A stretch of 64,000 nucleotides of DNA, taken from contig CAVVPN010000003.1 of the NCBI GenBank assembly GCA_963750165.1, positions 1,184,001 through 1,248,000 of the forward strand, read 5' to 3'. Positions 1-10,675 of the stretch are shown here, in pieces. Source of the stretch: an uncultured Gemmataceae bacterium (GTDB taxonomy: Bacteria > Planctomycetota > Planctomycetia > Gemmatales > Gemmataceae). The translations under genes were made by a program, and so were the position numbers. The notes below the pieces were generated by a model. That model worked only from the letters and a program-made list of their open reading frames with translations. It made no database searches and was not told where the DNA came from. The first letter of the stretch is position 1. Every line of letters begins with the position of its first letter.

Positions 1-1
1 G

Positions 2-1087
2 GCCCAGGACGGCCCCAAACCCGCTCCGCAACAGCCCGCCGAGGAGCCGCGCGACATCGACATCGTCATCTGCCTGGACGTGTCCGGCAGCATGAACGGC
101 CTGCTCGACTCCGCCCGCGTTCGCCTCTGGGACATCATCAACGAGATGGCCAAGGTCAAGCCCGCGCCGAACCTGCGCGTCGGCCTGTACAGCTACGGCC
201 GCAATGACAGCGGCAACAACGGCCACATCCGCGAGGAGATCGACCTGACCCACGACCTGGACGCGCTGTATCAGAAGCTGTTCGCGCTGAAGATCGGCGG
301 TAGCGTCGAATACGTGACGCGCGTCTGCCGCGACGCCACCGAGCAGCAGCCGTGGTCGAAGCACAAGAACGCGCTGAAGATCATCTTCGTGTGCGGCAAC
401 GAGCCGGCGTCGCAGGACCAGGTGGTGACGCGGCAGATGGCCGCGGACAAGGCCAAGGCCGCCGGCATCCTCATCAACCCGATCTTCTGCGGCAACCCGA
501 CGCACCCCGACGCCCAGGATTGGATCGCGTTTGCACGGCAGAGCGGCGGTCGCTTCGCCAGCATCGACCAGCAGCGCGGCGTGGTCGTGGTCAACGCGCC
601 GCAGGACAAGCAGCTGGCCGAGCTGGGCACCAAGCTGAACGCCACCTACGTCGCCTACGGCAAGGCCGGCAAGGACAAGCAGCTGAACCAGGTCGTCCAG
701 GACGGGAACGCCCTGAAGGCCGGCTACGGCGTGAGCGCGGCCCGCGTCGCCGCCAAGAACAGCGCCCTGTACCGCTGCGACGACTGGGACCTCGTGGACC
801 GCTGCAAGAACGACGCGAAGTTCGACGTGACCAAGCTGACCGCCGACGAGTTGCCCCAGGCCATGCGCAAGCTGACCGCCGCGCAGCGCATCGCTTACGT
901 CAAGGACATGACGGCGAAGCGTGCCGCCCTGCAGCAGCAGATCAATAAGTTGAGCCAGGAGCGCACCAACTACGTCAACGAGCAGATGAAGAAGAACAAG
1001 AACGCCGGCGCCCAGGCGTTCGACGCGGCCCTTCGCGAGACGCTGCGCATCCAGGCCAAGGAGCGCGGCATCAGCATCCCGAAGTGA
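2..1087 (+). CDS. von Willebrand factor A (vWA) domain protein, 5' end outside the window
   Basis: The frame is open from position 2 and reads [14 protein letters not shown] (MIDAS DxSxS motif) upstream of the ORF-track start at 80; coiled C-terminus. Confidence 0.85.
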   Translation, partial: AQDGPKPAPQQPAEEPRDIDIVICLDVSGSMNGLLDSARVRLWDIINEMAKVKPAPNLRVGLYSYGRNDSGNNGHIREEIDLTHDLDALYQKLFALKIGGSVEYVTRVCRDATEQQPWSKHKNALKIIFVCGNEPASQDQVVTRQMAADKAKAAGILINPIFCGNPTHPDAQDWIAFARQSGGRFASIDQQRGVVVVNAPQDKQLAELGTKLNATYVAYGKAGKDKQLNQVVQDGNALKAGYGVSAARVAAKNSALYRCDDWDLVDRCKNDAKFDVTKLTADELPQAMRKLTAAQRIAYVKDMTAKRAALQQQINKLSQERTNYVNEQMKKNKNAGAQAFDAALRETLRIQAKERGISIPK

Positions 1088-1096
1088 CGGCTGTCG

Positions 1097-1149
1097 GAGC
1101 CCGAGCGCCAGCGCTGGGCCAGCGCTGCCCCGCGCTGGCGCTCGGGCTC
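1097..1149. repeat. REP-like palindrome, family A (GAGCCCGAGCGCCAGCGC...GCGCTGGCGCTCGGGCTC)
   Basis: Intergenic inverted repeat; near-identical copy at 56646-56701. Confidence 0.85.
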
Positions 1150-1175
1150 TGACCGAGCGGTATGAGGCAATCGTC

Positions 1176-1918
1176 ATGAACCGTCAGCGTATCGTCGTCG
1201 TTGAGGACGAACCCGCCATCCGCCGCGGCGTCGTGGACGTGCTCCGCGCCTCGGGCTACGAGGTCGTCGAGGCCGCAGACGGCGCCTGCGGTCAGGAGGA
1301 GGCGGTGCGGCTCGGCGTCAGCCTGGTGCTGCTCGACCTGATGCTGCCGCGCAAGGACGGCCTGGAAGTGCTCGGCGAAGTGCGGCGGTTGCGGCCGACG
1401 CTGCCGGTGATCGTGCTGACGGCGCGCGGCAGCGAGGACGACCGCGTTCGCGGCCTGACGATGGGCGCTGACGATTACGTCGTCAAGCCGTTCTCGGCGC
1501 GGGAGCTGCTGGCGCGCGTCGAGGCGGTGCTGCGGCGGGCGCTGGGCCGGCCGCCGGACGTGTTCGGGCGCGCCTGGGCCACGCCGTCATCGACTTCGGC
1601 CGCCGCGAAATCCGCTGGGGCGACGGCGAGCGCAGCGACCTGTCGGAGACGGAAGCCGCGCTGCTCGGCTTCCTGGTCGCCAACCAGCAGCGCGCCGTTT
1701 CGCGCGACGAACTGTTGACGTGGCTGTGGGGCATCGGTCCACAGCGCATCGAGACGCGCACCATTGACATGCACATCGCCCGGCTGCGGACCAAGCTGCG
1801 CGACCCCGCCGGCCGGCCGACGCCGGAGGCGATTTTGACCGTCCGTGCCCAGGGCTACATGGCCGCGCCGGATTTGACGCCGCTGCTCGAACCGCTCACC
1901 GTTGAGGACGCCTCATGA
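1176..1918 (+). CDS. OmpR/PhoB-family response regulator (frameshift near 1568)
   Basis: Receiver motifs [22 protein letters not shown]; after a 1-nt shift the frame reads [14 protein letters not shown]...LSETEAALL...SRDELL...[14 protein letters not shown] (winged helix). Confidence 0.9.
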
Positions 1919-4097
1919 AGACGTGGTTGCGAGCCAGGCCGCGCGGCATGCTCGGCTTTGTGCTGATCGCGAGCCTGGTGGCCGGCGGCCTCGGCTGGGC
2001 GAGCGCCGCGGCGCTGCGCCTGGAGCAGGATCAGCTCACCGCCCAGGTCCGGGGTGAGCACGCCGAGCGCCAGCGGACGCAGCAGCGCGAGCGCGACCAA
2101 CGACGGCAGACGCGCGAGCGCGAGCGTGCCCGGCTGGAGACGGAGGCGCAGACGGAGTTCGCCAGCCGGCTGCGGTTGGCGATGTGGCGGCTGGACAGCC
2201 GCATCGCGCGCGTGCTGGCGCCGAGGACGCCCGGCCGTATCACCATTACAGCGCCGTGTTCGCGCCCACGGCGGCCCTGGACGCCGGCGGCAAGCGCGTG
2301 CCGGACGGGGCGGTGCTGGTGCCGTCGCCGCTGCTGAACCTGGACGAGCCGGAGTGGATGCTGCTGCACTTCCAGACGTCGCCGGAGACCGGTTGGGGCT
2401 CACCGCAGGTGCTGCCGGTCGGCTATCAAAAATTGCTGGCCAAAAGTCGCGTCGCCTTCACCGGCGTCACCCGCCAGCGCATCCAGCTGCTGGCGGAGCT
2501 GGCCGGCGACGACACCACGCAGGCACTGGTGCAGAACATCGAGCGCCAGGAGTTGCAGTTCGCCGCCAACAACGACGCGCCGGCCAACCTGGTGCAGCTG
2601 CCGCTGGACCTGCGCAACCAGGATCAGCAGCAGGCCCAGCAGCCGCAGAAGAAGGACATGGCCGGCCAGCAGGGGCCGTCCCAGCAGGCGCTGACGCAGC
2701 AGGAGTACGTGTGGCGCCAGCAGCAGCGTTTCACGGTCAACAACGCCTTCCTCAAGAACGCCTACCAGGACGAGAACGCCAGCAACTGGATCACCAACAC
2801 CAACAACCTGAAGACGTGGCCCCCGCCGGGCGGCCTGCGTCCGGGCCCGTCCGGCGAGGTACTCATCAGCCTCAGCCCGATGACGCCGTTGTGGCTGGAG
2901 ACGGCCGCCCAGGATCGGCTCGTGGTCGCCCGGCTGGTGCGCATCGAGAGCCCGGCGGAGGCCCAGCTGGCGCTGCTGGCCGCGTGGCCGGCCGCCCGGA
3001 CGCCGTCGCTGGCGGCGCTGGGCACGCACGAGCACCTGCGCCGCCGGGCGGGGCAGCCGCGGCTGGTCTGCCAGGGCATCGTGCTCGACTGGCCGGCCCT
3101 GCAAAACCTGCTGGCCGCGGAGGTGCGCGACCTGTTCCCGAAGGCGAAGGTGCTGCCGATGCACGCCGAGGTGCCGCCGCACCCGGAACGCACCATGACG
3201 GCGCTGCCGGTGGAACTCGATCCCGGCGAGGCGCCCGCCGTGCCGCCGGCACCACCCGAGGAGGCCGTGGCGCCCGACCCCGGGCCGGAGGTGGCCGCCG
3301 ACCTGGGTTGGACGCCGCTGCGCGTCGGCCTGGCGCTGGCGTGGGCGGCGGCGCTGGTGGCGCTGACGGCGGTCGGCCTCGGCGGCTGGTCGCTGCTGGA
3401 GCTGTCCGAGCGCCGCATCCGCTTCGTCTCGGCGGTGACGCACGAGCTGCGTACGCCGCTGACGACACTGCGGCTCTACCTCGACATGCTCACCGGCGGC
3501 CTGGTGCAGTCGGAGGAGCAGCGCGACCAGTATCTGCACACGCTGCACGGCGAGACAGAACGGCTGACCCGCCTGGTCGGCAACGTGCTGGACTTCTCAC
3601 GCCTGGAGAATCAGCGGCCGCGGCTGGAGCTGGCACCGGTGCGGCTCGGCGACCTGCTGGGCCAGGTGGCGGCGACCTGGCGGACGCGCTGCGCCGACGC
3701 GGACAAGGTGCTGGAACTGGACAACGAGCTGGGCGACGATTACCCGCTGGTGACGGACGTGAACCTGATGCAGCAGATCGTCGGCAACCTGATCGACAAC
3801 GCCTGCAAATACAGCCGTGGCGCAGACGATCCGCACCTCTGGGTGCGCGTGCAGCCGGGCGGCGCCGGCCGGGTGCGGATAGCGGTGGAGGACCGCGGCC
3901 CGGGCGTCAAGGCGGCGGAGCGGCGGTCGATCTTCCGGCCGTTCTGTCGCGGTCGCAGTTCGGACGTGAGCCCCGGCGGCGTCGGGCTGGGGCTGGCGCT
4001 GGCGCAGCGCTGGGCGGGGTTGCTCGGCGGCCGGCTGACGCTGGAGGCGCCGGCCGGCGGCGTCGGGGCGTGCTTCGTGCTGGAGTTGCCCGCGTAA
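1915..4097 (+). CDS. Membrane sensor histidine kinase (frameshift near 2221)
   Basis: N-terminal TM in ORF 1915; ORF 2184 carries a second TM, H-box FVSAVTHELRTPLT, N-box NLIDNACKY, DRGPG and GVGLGL; ATGA overlap with the regulator. Confidence 0.9.
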
Positions 4098-4126
4098 TCG
4101 CGATAACACCCGGATGAGGTTTTAGG

Positions 4127-4468
4127 GTGACACACCTCGCGCTGCAACCGTTGCGCATCCCGAGTGGTTGGTCGGTTGAATACCATTCGTTTTTTGAGGG
4201 CGATCCCGATTTCACCGAGATGCCGGTCGAGCAACTGCAAATGTATTTCAATCAGGATTTGCTGCAAATCCGCCACCCGCTCCGCAATCGCCTGGTCGAT
4301 TTGGGATGGTATCCCCACGGCGATCTGGCCGAAGGGAATTTTGGCCTGGCCGTGTACGAAGGAGACTGTCGGGGGCCGCTTCTGTACGAGTTCAAATCAA
4401 GAGATCGCTTGTCGGTAGTGTCGGAGATCGAGCGCGTACTGGCTGCGGTTTCTGCGGGCGAGTTGTAG
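4127..4468 (+). CDS. Hypothetical protein, 113 aa, lower GC than flanks
   Basis: Protein-like composition (LQPLRIPSGW...DLGWYP); fills the gap between kinase and Rpn gene. Confidence 0.7.
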   Translation: MTHLALQPLRIPSGWSVEYHSFFEGDPDFTEMPVEQLQMYFNQDLLQIRHPLRNRLVDLGWYPHGDLAEGNFGLAVYEGDCRGPLLYEFKSRDRLSVVSEIERVLAAVSAGEL

Positions 4469-4495
4469 GACCTCCGGAATGGCGGAAGCAGAACG

Positions 4496-5446
4496 ATGCC
4501 CGCGAACCCCTTCGACCAGGCCAGCCGCTACGCCGCCCGGCTCGATCCGCTCGGCCTGCTCCGCTGGCTCCTGCCGAAATTGCCTGCCAGCTTCCGCTTC
4601 CTGCGCTGGCTGGACACGCGCAACTTGCCGTTCCCTGGCGAGCGCGACCGCACCAGCGACACCGTCGCCTGCCTGGAGGACGCGGACAACCCCGGGCCGC
4701 TTTGGGCCTTGCCGGTCGAGTTTCAGGCGGAGCCGGATTCCGAGATGTTCGGCCGGTTGCTGGAGTACCTGGGCTCACTCTGGCTGCGGGAGCGGCCGCC
4801 GGGGCCGCGCGGCGACCGCTACCAGGTGGGGGCCGTGCTCGTCAACCTCACCGGCGTCGGTGACGCATCGCGCGACTTCCGGCTTGCCGACACGGGCGTC
4901 TTCACGAGCCTGGGCGTGGGCGAATGCAACGTCGCCACCCGCAGCGCCGCGGCAACGCTGGAGGACATCGCCGCCGGACGGGTGGCGCGGTGCGTGCTGC
5001 CGTTCATTCCGCTGATGCAGGGCGGCGGTGAAACGGGTATAATCGCGCGATGGCAGGAAGTCGCGCTGACGGAACCGGAGTCGCGCAAGCGCGGCGACTA
5101 CGGCGGCTTGGCCGTGGTGTTCGCCGAGTTGGCCGACCGCCGGGCACAGTGGAAAGAAGCGTTAAAGGAGTGGAATGTGAAGCAATCGCAACAGGTGCTG
5201 GAGTGGCAGGCCGAGGCGATGGCCGAGGGGGAAGCCCGCGGCGAGGCCCGGGGCGAGGCCCGCGGCGAGGCCCGGGGGAGGGTTCAGGCACTTCGGGATG
5301 TCCTTCGTGGCCTTCTGGAACAACGCTTTGGCACTCTCCCAGAAGCCCTGCTGGGAAGCATTAACATGCTCGATGACCCCGAACGCCTTCAACGTGCGAC
5401 CCGCCAGGTGCTCGACATTAAGGGATTGGATCAACTTCAATTGTGA
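4496..5446 (+). CDS. Rpn-family (PD-(D/E)xK-like) nuclease with DUF4351-like C-terminus
   Basis: RTSDTV...VEFQ nuclease-like motif, GEAR repeats, LEQRFGTLPE tail. Confidence 0.8.
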   Translation: MPANPFDQASRYAARLDPLGLLRWLLPKLPASFRFLRWLDTRNLPFPGERDRTSDTVACLEDADNPGPLWALPVEFQAEPDSEMFGRLLEYLGSLWLRERPPGPRGDRYQVGAVLVNLTGVGDASRDFRLADTGVFTSLGVGECNVATRSAAATLEDIAAGRVARCVLPFIPLMQGGGETGIIARWQEVALTEPESRKRGDYGGLAVVFAELADRRAQWKEALKEWNVKQSQQVLEWQAEAMAEGEARGEARGEARGEARGRVQALRDVLRGLLEQRFGTLPEALLGSINMLDDPERLQRATRQVLDIKGLDQLQL

Positions 5447-5610
5447 CACACTCCTCGCACGCTGGAGCGGAGGGCCGGATTCCTGTAGAGAGAAGCGTGA
5501 AAGGAGTGGAACGTGAAGCAATCGCAACAGGTGCTGGAGTGGCAGGCCGAGGCGATGGCCGAGGGGGAAGCCCGCGGCGAGGCCCGGGGGAGGGTTCAGG
5601 CACTTCGGGA
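5155..5610 (+). repeat. Direct repeat 5155-5298 / 5491-5610
   Basis: Near-identical DNA; the second copy lacks two 12-bp GEAR units. Confidence 0.95.
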
Positions 5611-5758
5611 AGTGTTGCAGAGCCTCCTGGAACACCGCTTCGGCAAGTTGCCGGAGGATTTGCTAACGCGCATTAACACCACAGAGGATTTGAGCCACCT
5701 CCAGAACGCCATCAACAAGGGCTTCGACATTCAATCATTGGACGAACTGCCCTTGTAA
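5513..5758 (+). CDS. Stand-alone RpnS-like small protein (duplicate of the Rpn C-terminal module)
   Basis: AAGGAG at 5501-5506, GTG at 5513; N-terminal part nearly identical to the upstream gene from codon 228, distal part diverged. Confidence 0.8.
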   Translation: MKQSQQVLEWQAEAMAEGEARGEARGRVQALREVLQSLLEHRFGKLPEDLLTRINTTEDLSHLQNAINKGFDIQSLDELPL

Positions 5759-5856
5759 GGCAATAGCCGCACTTGCAGAGTCGGACGCGCGTGAGCGCGT
5801 TCGGGCAGACTCCCTCCCCGCGGACAATCCTTGCGCCGCGTGCCGATTCCCCTGGC

Positions 5857-5885
5857 TTGACATCTCAGTCAATATGTCTTAGCAT
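5857..5885 (+). promoter_or_regulatory. Sigma70-like promoter overlapped by a palindromic operator
   Basis: TTGACA(5857)-17 nt-TAGCAT(5880); palindromes TTGAC-N6-GTCAA (5857-5872) and GACAT-N10-ATGTC (5859-5878). Confidence 0.6.
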
Positions 5886-6072
5886 AAAATTGTGATGGTT
5901 CTCACCGTGTTCTCAGGGGATGCGGTTTACATTGAAAGGTCAGACGGAACGACTTTTGCTGGAGAGAAGAGAGAGGGTTTGCGTCTGGAACGGTCTGTGC
6001 CGTGGACGTGTCGTGTACAAGGCAGTCGGGTACCCTGCCAGTGGTTCGCCTTGCTGCCGAAAGGAGCGTTGT

Positions 6073-7457
6073 ATGAGAAGCAGGAGAAGCAGGTTGCATG
6101 TGGGCGCTGGGCTGGCGGCTGCGCTGCTGGCGAGCGCCGCCCTGGGCACGGCGCGGGTCGGCGCCGCCGAGCAGGACGGCGCCGGAACCCAGGTCGCCCA
6201 GGGCGAGAAGCGGCCGGGGTTCGGCGGCTTCCCGCAGTGGGACGGCAAATTCGGCCAACCATCGGGCCGTTTTCGCACCCCCGACGAGCAGGACAGGGAC
6301 AAAGACAAGGGCGACCAGAAGCGCATGGGCTTCGGGGGCGGCTTCGGGAAGGGCGGCTTTGGGAAAGGCGGGTTTGGTGGCGGCTTCGGCCCTGGGGGGC
6401 AGCCCGCCAAGGAGGATTACGCCAAGTGGATGGAACTGGCCAAGCAACTCTACGAGAAGATGAATCAGGAAAAGGCCGGCCCCAAGGGCGAGTTCGGCCC
6501 GACGAAGGGTAAGGGCAAGGGCGAGTTCGGCCCGTGGATGGGCAAGGGCAAAGGCAAGGGGGGATTCGGTTCGCCGATGGGCAAGGGCAAGGGCAAGGGC
6601 GGTCCGGAAGCCGGCAAGGGCCAGGCGGATGACTATGCCAAATGGATGGCCCTGGCCAAGCAGCTCTATGAGAAGTTCCAGATGGAAAAGGGCGGCCCCA
6701 AGGGTGGCGGCCCCGGCAAGGAGATGAAGAAGGGCCCCGGCCCTGGCAAGGAAATGAAAAAGGGCCCGCCCTGGGCGGAGATGGCGAAAAAACAGTCCGA
6801 GAAGGGCCGCCCCTGGGCCCAGGAGAGTCGCAAGGCCGCGCCCAAGGGTTCGCCCATGGCCAGGTGGGGCCAGCAGTTCTCCAGGCGGCCGGATGACCGC
6901 TGGCGACACGGCGGAATGCAGCACCACGCCGCCGGTCGCTTCGGCATGGGCCATTTCGGCGGCTTCGGCGGCCACCACATGGCGTTCGGCCATCATCGCT
7001 CCGGCTTCGGCAAAATGGGTGGGGGTGCGCCGGGTTCCACCACGGTTTCGGGCATCCTGGCTTCCACGGCCGCGGCCACACCGGCTTCGGCGGCCATCAC
7101 ATGGCCTTCAGCGGCGGGCGCGGCAGCAGTCACGGCCACGGCTTCACGGCGTTCCATGGCCGCGGTCATGGGATGCAGCACCACGCCTCGCGACCCTGGA
7201 TGCACCACACCGGCTTTGGCGGCCGCGGCGGTCACGGCATGATGCACCACATGGGTGGCATGAGCCGCGGCGGTTGGGGCTCGCACGTCGGCTATCACGG
7301 CTACCAGAGCTGGGGCCACGGCTTCGGCCACGCCGGCTATGGTCACGGCTTCACGTCCTTCGGTGGTCGTGGCCACTTCGGCGGCCCGTCGTGGGGCTAC
7401 TCGTCGCATTTCGGGCCCCAGCATTATTCGATGCAGAGCTACAACCGACGCTGGTAA
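6073..7457 (+). CDS. Secreted low-complexity Gly/Lys/Phe-rich protein with His-rich C-terminus (frameshift near 7032)
   Basis: AAGGAG at 6061, ATG at 6073, signal peptide; duplicated DYAKWMxLAKQLYEK motif; GFGGHH-type sequence continues in the frame of ORF 7101..7457. Confidence 0.75.
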
Positions 7458-7581
7458 TTCGCGGCCGCGCCGGCTTGCCGTGCGCGGCGCTTCCGCTAAA
7501 CTGCCCGGCGGTGGTCAGGGGCCCAAAAACCCGTGACCGCCGCCGGGATCTCTCTCCGGCTCGTCTTCTCTTTTCGAGGTC

Positions 7582-8739
7582 GTGATGAAACCTTCCAGCG
7601 TGCGCGTCCGGCCTGGCAACAAATCGTCCACCGCACCGACAGGCGCCGGCAAACTGTCGCAACTAACGCCGGCCCCTGGGGCGAGCCGCGCCTGGGGCAA
7701 GATCGCCCTGCGGCGCCTGCGGCTGTTGCCCTTCCTGGTGTTCGCGGTCGTCAGCGGAGCGTTACTGGTCTACGCCGGTCCCTGGAAGAACAGCGCCCCG
7801 TCGGCGCCGCCAGTTTCCACCAAGCAGGATGAAAAGCCATCGGAGGCCGTCAAGGCTCTGATCGAGACGCTGAAGGACAAGGACGCTGACGTGCGCAAGA
7901 CGGCAGCCCTGGCCCTGGGCAAGATCGGTAAGGAGGCGCGCTTCGCCGTGCCGGCCCTGGTGGCGGCGTTCAAGGACGAGGACCGGGATGTGCGCGGCGC
8001 CGCTGTGGTGGCGCTGGGCCGCATCGGCAAGGACGCGGAAGCCGCTGCCCCGGCCCTGGCGGCGCTGCTCAAGAACAACGACCGCGACCTCCAGGCGGCC
8101 GCCGCCCTGGCCCTGTCGCGCGTCGGCAAGGGCGCGCGGGTCGCCGTGCCCGCCCTGAGGACACTCCTCAAGGAGGATGACAAGAAACTCCGCATTTACG
8201 CCCGCGTCGCCCTGGTGGTCATCGACGACGCACCGCAAACGCACCTCACCGCCCTGGCAGCGTTCCTGACCGACAAGGAAGTGGACACCCGCGGCCTGGC
8301 CGCCTGGGCCCTGGGCGAACTGGGCCCGCTGGCCCGCGGCATCGTGCCGGCGCTGGCCGCCGCGCTCAAGGACGAGGACGTGGAGGTACGCCGCACGGTC
8401 GCCCGCGCCCTGGGCGAGATGGGCCCCGACGCCCGCACCGCCGTGCCCGCCCTGGTCGGGGCGCTGAAGGACGGCGACCTGAAGATGCGCGTCGCGGTGG
8501 CCATGACGCTCGGCGACATCGGCCCGGACGCCAAGGCCGCCGTGCCCGCCCTGGTCGGGGCGCTCAAGAGCAAGGACGTGGAACTGCGCGGCGCCGCCGT
8601 GTTCGCCCTGGGCGAGATCGGCCCCGCCGCCCGTGCCGCCATCACCGCCATCACCCAGACCCTGCGCGACGAGGACGCTGACGTGCGCAAGGCCGCGGCC
8701 ACGGCGCTGGGCAAAATCCAGGGCGAAGGCGACGAGTGA
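7582..8739 (+). CDS. HEAT-repeat (PBS lyase-like) membrane-anchored protein
   Basis: About 9 repeats of AVPALxxALKDxDxxVRxxAAxALGxIG after a TM segment. Confidence 0.9.
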   Translation: MMKPSSVRVRPGNKSSTAPTGAGKLSQLTPAPGASRAWGKIALRRLRLLPFLVFAVVSGALLVYAGPWKNSAPSAPPVSTKQDEKPSEAVKALIETLKDKDADVRKTAALALGKIGKEARFAVPALVAAFKDEDRDVRGAAVVALGRIGKDAEAAAPALAALLKNNDRDLQAAAALALSRVGKGARVAVPALRTLLKEDDKKLRIYARVALVVIDDAPQTHLTALAAFLTDKEVDTRGLAAWALGELGPLARGIVPALAAALKDEDVEVRRTVARALGEMGPDARTAVPALVGALKDGDLKMRVAVAMTLGDIGPDAKAAVPALVGALKSKDVELRGAAVFALGEIGPAARAAITAITQTLRDEDADVRKAAATALGKIQGEGDE

Positions 8740-8821
8740 CCGTCTGACTCGAACAATCACGGGACAGGGCCAGCGGCCGCGTTACGGGCAATCCAAGACC
8801 GCCGACCTGGGGTACGAACTC

Positions 8822-9229
8822 ATGGCCAGAACGCCACAGGATGTCACGGAAAAGGAGCTGGAAATCCTCCAGGTGCTCTGGGAACGGGGTCCGTCCACCA
8901 TTCGCCAGATCACCGAGGTGCTCTATCCCGAAGGCCGCACCGCCCAGTACGCCACCGTGCAGAAACTGCTGGAGCGACTGGAGACGAAGCATTGCGTCGC
9001 CCGGGACCGCTCCGGCACCGTCCACGCCTTCACGGCCCGGATCGGCCTGGACGCACTGATCGCCCAGCGGCTGCGCTCGATGGCCGACCAGCTGTGCGGC
9101 GGCTCGTTGGCACCGCTACTAACGCACCTCGTCCAGGCGCAACAACTCAGCGCCAAACAGCGTCAGGAACTGCGTGACCTCATCGACCAGCTCGATCCGG
9201 CCGGCAAGCGCAAGGGCGACCGCCGTTGA
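8822..9229 (+). CDS. BlaI/MecI/CopY-family transcriptional repressor
   Basis: TEKELEILQVLWERGPSTIRQI...YATVQKLLERLE. Confidence 0.92.
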   Translation: MARTPQDVTEKELEILQVLWERGPSTIRQITEVLYPEGRTAQYATVQKLLERLETKHCVARDRSGTVHAFTARIGLDALIAQRLRSMADQLCGGSLAPLLTHLVQAQQLSAKQRQELRDLIDQLDPAGKRKGDRR

Positions 9230-9241
9230 AAGGGGGCGACT

Positions 9242-10588
9242 GTGCATCCGCTGCTGCAACTGGGCCTGGGCAACGCGCTCATGGTCGTGCCGCTGGCGCT
9301 GCTGGCGGCGGTCGTCGGCCGCCGCAGCCGCCGGCCGGCTCTGACCCACGCCCTGTGGCTGCTGGTCCTGCTCAAACTGGTGACGCCGCCCCTCATCCCG
9401 TTTCCCATTTCCTGGCCGACGGACTGGCCCGCCGACCTGGCCGCCGACCCGACCCCGGGAATGGACCGGCCCGTGCGCTCGGTGGCCGCCCCGGCAATCT
9501 CCTGGCCAGCGGCCCTTGGAGTGCTGTGGCTGACGGGGACCGCCCTGTATTTGGGGGTGGCGCTGGTGCGCGTGCTTCGGTTCCAGCGGCTGCTGCGGCA
9601 CACCCAGCCGGCCTCGGCGGAAGTCCAGGCGGAGGCCGCAGCGCTCGTGCGCCGACTGGGCTGCAAGGACGGCCCGCGGGTGCTGCTGCTGCCGGGGGCG
9701 CTGCCGCCGCTGCTGTGGTCGGTCGGGCGCTGCACCTGCCTGGTGATGCCGGCAAGCCTGCTGGAACGGCTGGACGGCGAGCAGCGCCGCGCATTGCTGG
9801 CGCACGAGCTGGCCCACTGGCGGCGACACGACCACTGGGTGCGCTATCTGGAGCTGGCGGCGCTGGCGCTGTACTGGTGGCTGCCGTTGGCGTGGTGGGC
9901 GCGGCGCGAACTGCGTGCGGCGGAGGAGGAGTGCTGTGACGCCTGGGTGGTCTGGCTGCTGCCGCAGGCGACGCGAGCGTACGCCACGGCGCTGGTCGAG
10001 ACGCTGGATTTTCTGGCCCAGGCGCCGCCCGCGCTGCCGGCGACCGCCAGCGGCCTGGGACAGTTCGCCCAGCTGCGGCGGCGGTTGACGTTGATCCTGC
10101 GCGGCGCGACGCCGCGTGCGCTGCCGCTGCCGGGCCTGCTGGCGGTCGGCGGCCTGGCTCTGGCTCTGTTGCCGGTGGCGCCCGGCCTCGCCCACCCGGC
10201 GCCGATTCCGGCTCCGTCCGCCACCGTCCGCGCGGGGCTGGAACGGCAGACGGCCGGGCGTGCCGCGGAGTCGGCCGAGTTGCCGCCAGTGCCCCACCTG
10301 GCGGGACAGGTCTTCGCGGCGGAGGACGGGGTCGCACCGGCGGCGCGGCAGAACGGCGACGGGTTCCGGGCCGGGCCGGAGCGGCCGGGTGTGTTCCCGC
10401 GCGGCCCGGGTCTGCGGCCAAACTTCGTGGGCGCGGGGTTCGGGCCGAAAGGGCCGCCGCCCTGGCGCGGCGGCCCGCCCCGGAAGGGGCCGGGGCCGCG
10501 CGGGGGCGGCCCGCCCGGGGGCAGGGGCTTCGGTCCACCACCCCAGGTGTTTAACGGTGGCCCGTTTCCACCCGGCCGTCCCGGCTGA
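9242..10588 (+). CDS. BlaR1-like M56 metallopeptidase with Gly/Pro-rich C-terminus
   Basis: HALWLLVLLKL, HELAH zinc motif, EECCD; adjacent to the blaI-like gene. Confidence 0.92.
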   Translation: MHPLLQLGLGNALMVVPLALLAAVVGRRSRRPALTHALWLLVLLKLVTPPLIPFPISWPTDWPADLAADPTPGMDRPVRSVAAPAISWPAALGVLWLTGTALYLGVALVRVLRFQRLLRHTQPASAEVQAEAAALVRRLGCKDGPRVLLLPGALPPLLWSVGRCTCLVMPASLLERLDGEQRRALLAHELAHWRRHDHWVRYLELAALALYWWLPLAWWARRELRAAEEECCDAWVVWLLPQATRAYATALVETLDFLAQAPPALPATASGLGQFAQLRRRLTLILRGATPRALPLPGLLAVGGLALALLPVAPGLAHPAPIPAPSATVRAGLERQTAGRAAESAELPPVPHLAGQVFAAEDGVAPAARQNGDGFRAGPERPGVFPRGPGLRPNFVGAGFGPKGPPPWRGGPPRKGPGPRGGGPPGGRGFGPPPQVFNGGPFPPGRPG

Positions 10589-10617
10589 TGGAACCGCACT
10601 GGGCTGGCCCTACAATG

Positions 10618-10653
10618 ACGCCGCCGCGGCACTCCGCGGCGGCGTTTGTTTTT
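10618..10653 (+). terminator. Rho-independent terminator-like hairpin
   Basis: ACGCCGCCGCGG-CACT-CCGCGGCGGCGT followed by TTGTTTTT. Confidence 0.65.
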
Positions 10654-10675
10654 CCCATTCACGAAAGGCCCACCG

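Noticed and set aside
2054..4117. Long alternative-frame and antisense ORFs (e.g. 2054..4117, 11546..13117, 28999..30615, 46405..48231, 59732..61192)
   Set aside because: Arg/Ala/Pro-rich shadow ORFs expected in high-GC DNA, overlapping well-supported genes
5155..5610. DGR TR/VR pair
   Set aside because: No reverse transcriptase; the differences are an indel and two substitutions at T positions rather than many adenine-specific changes
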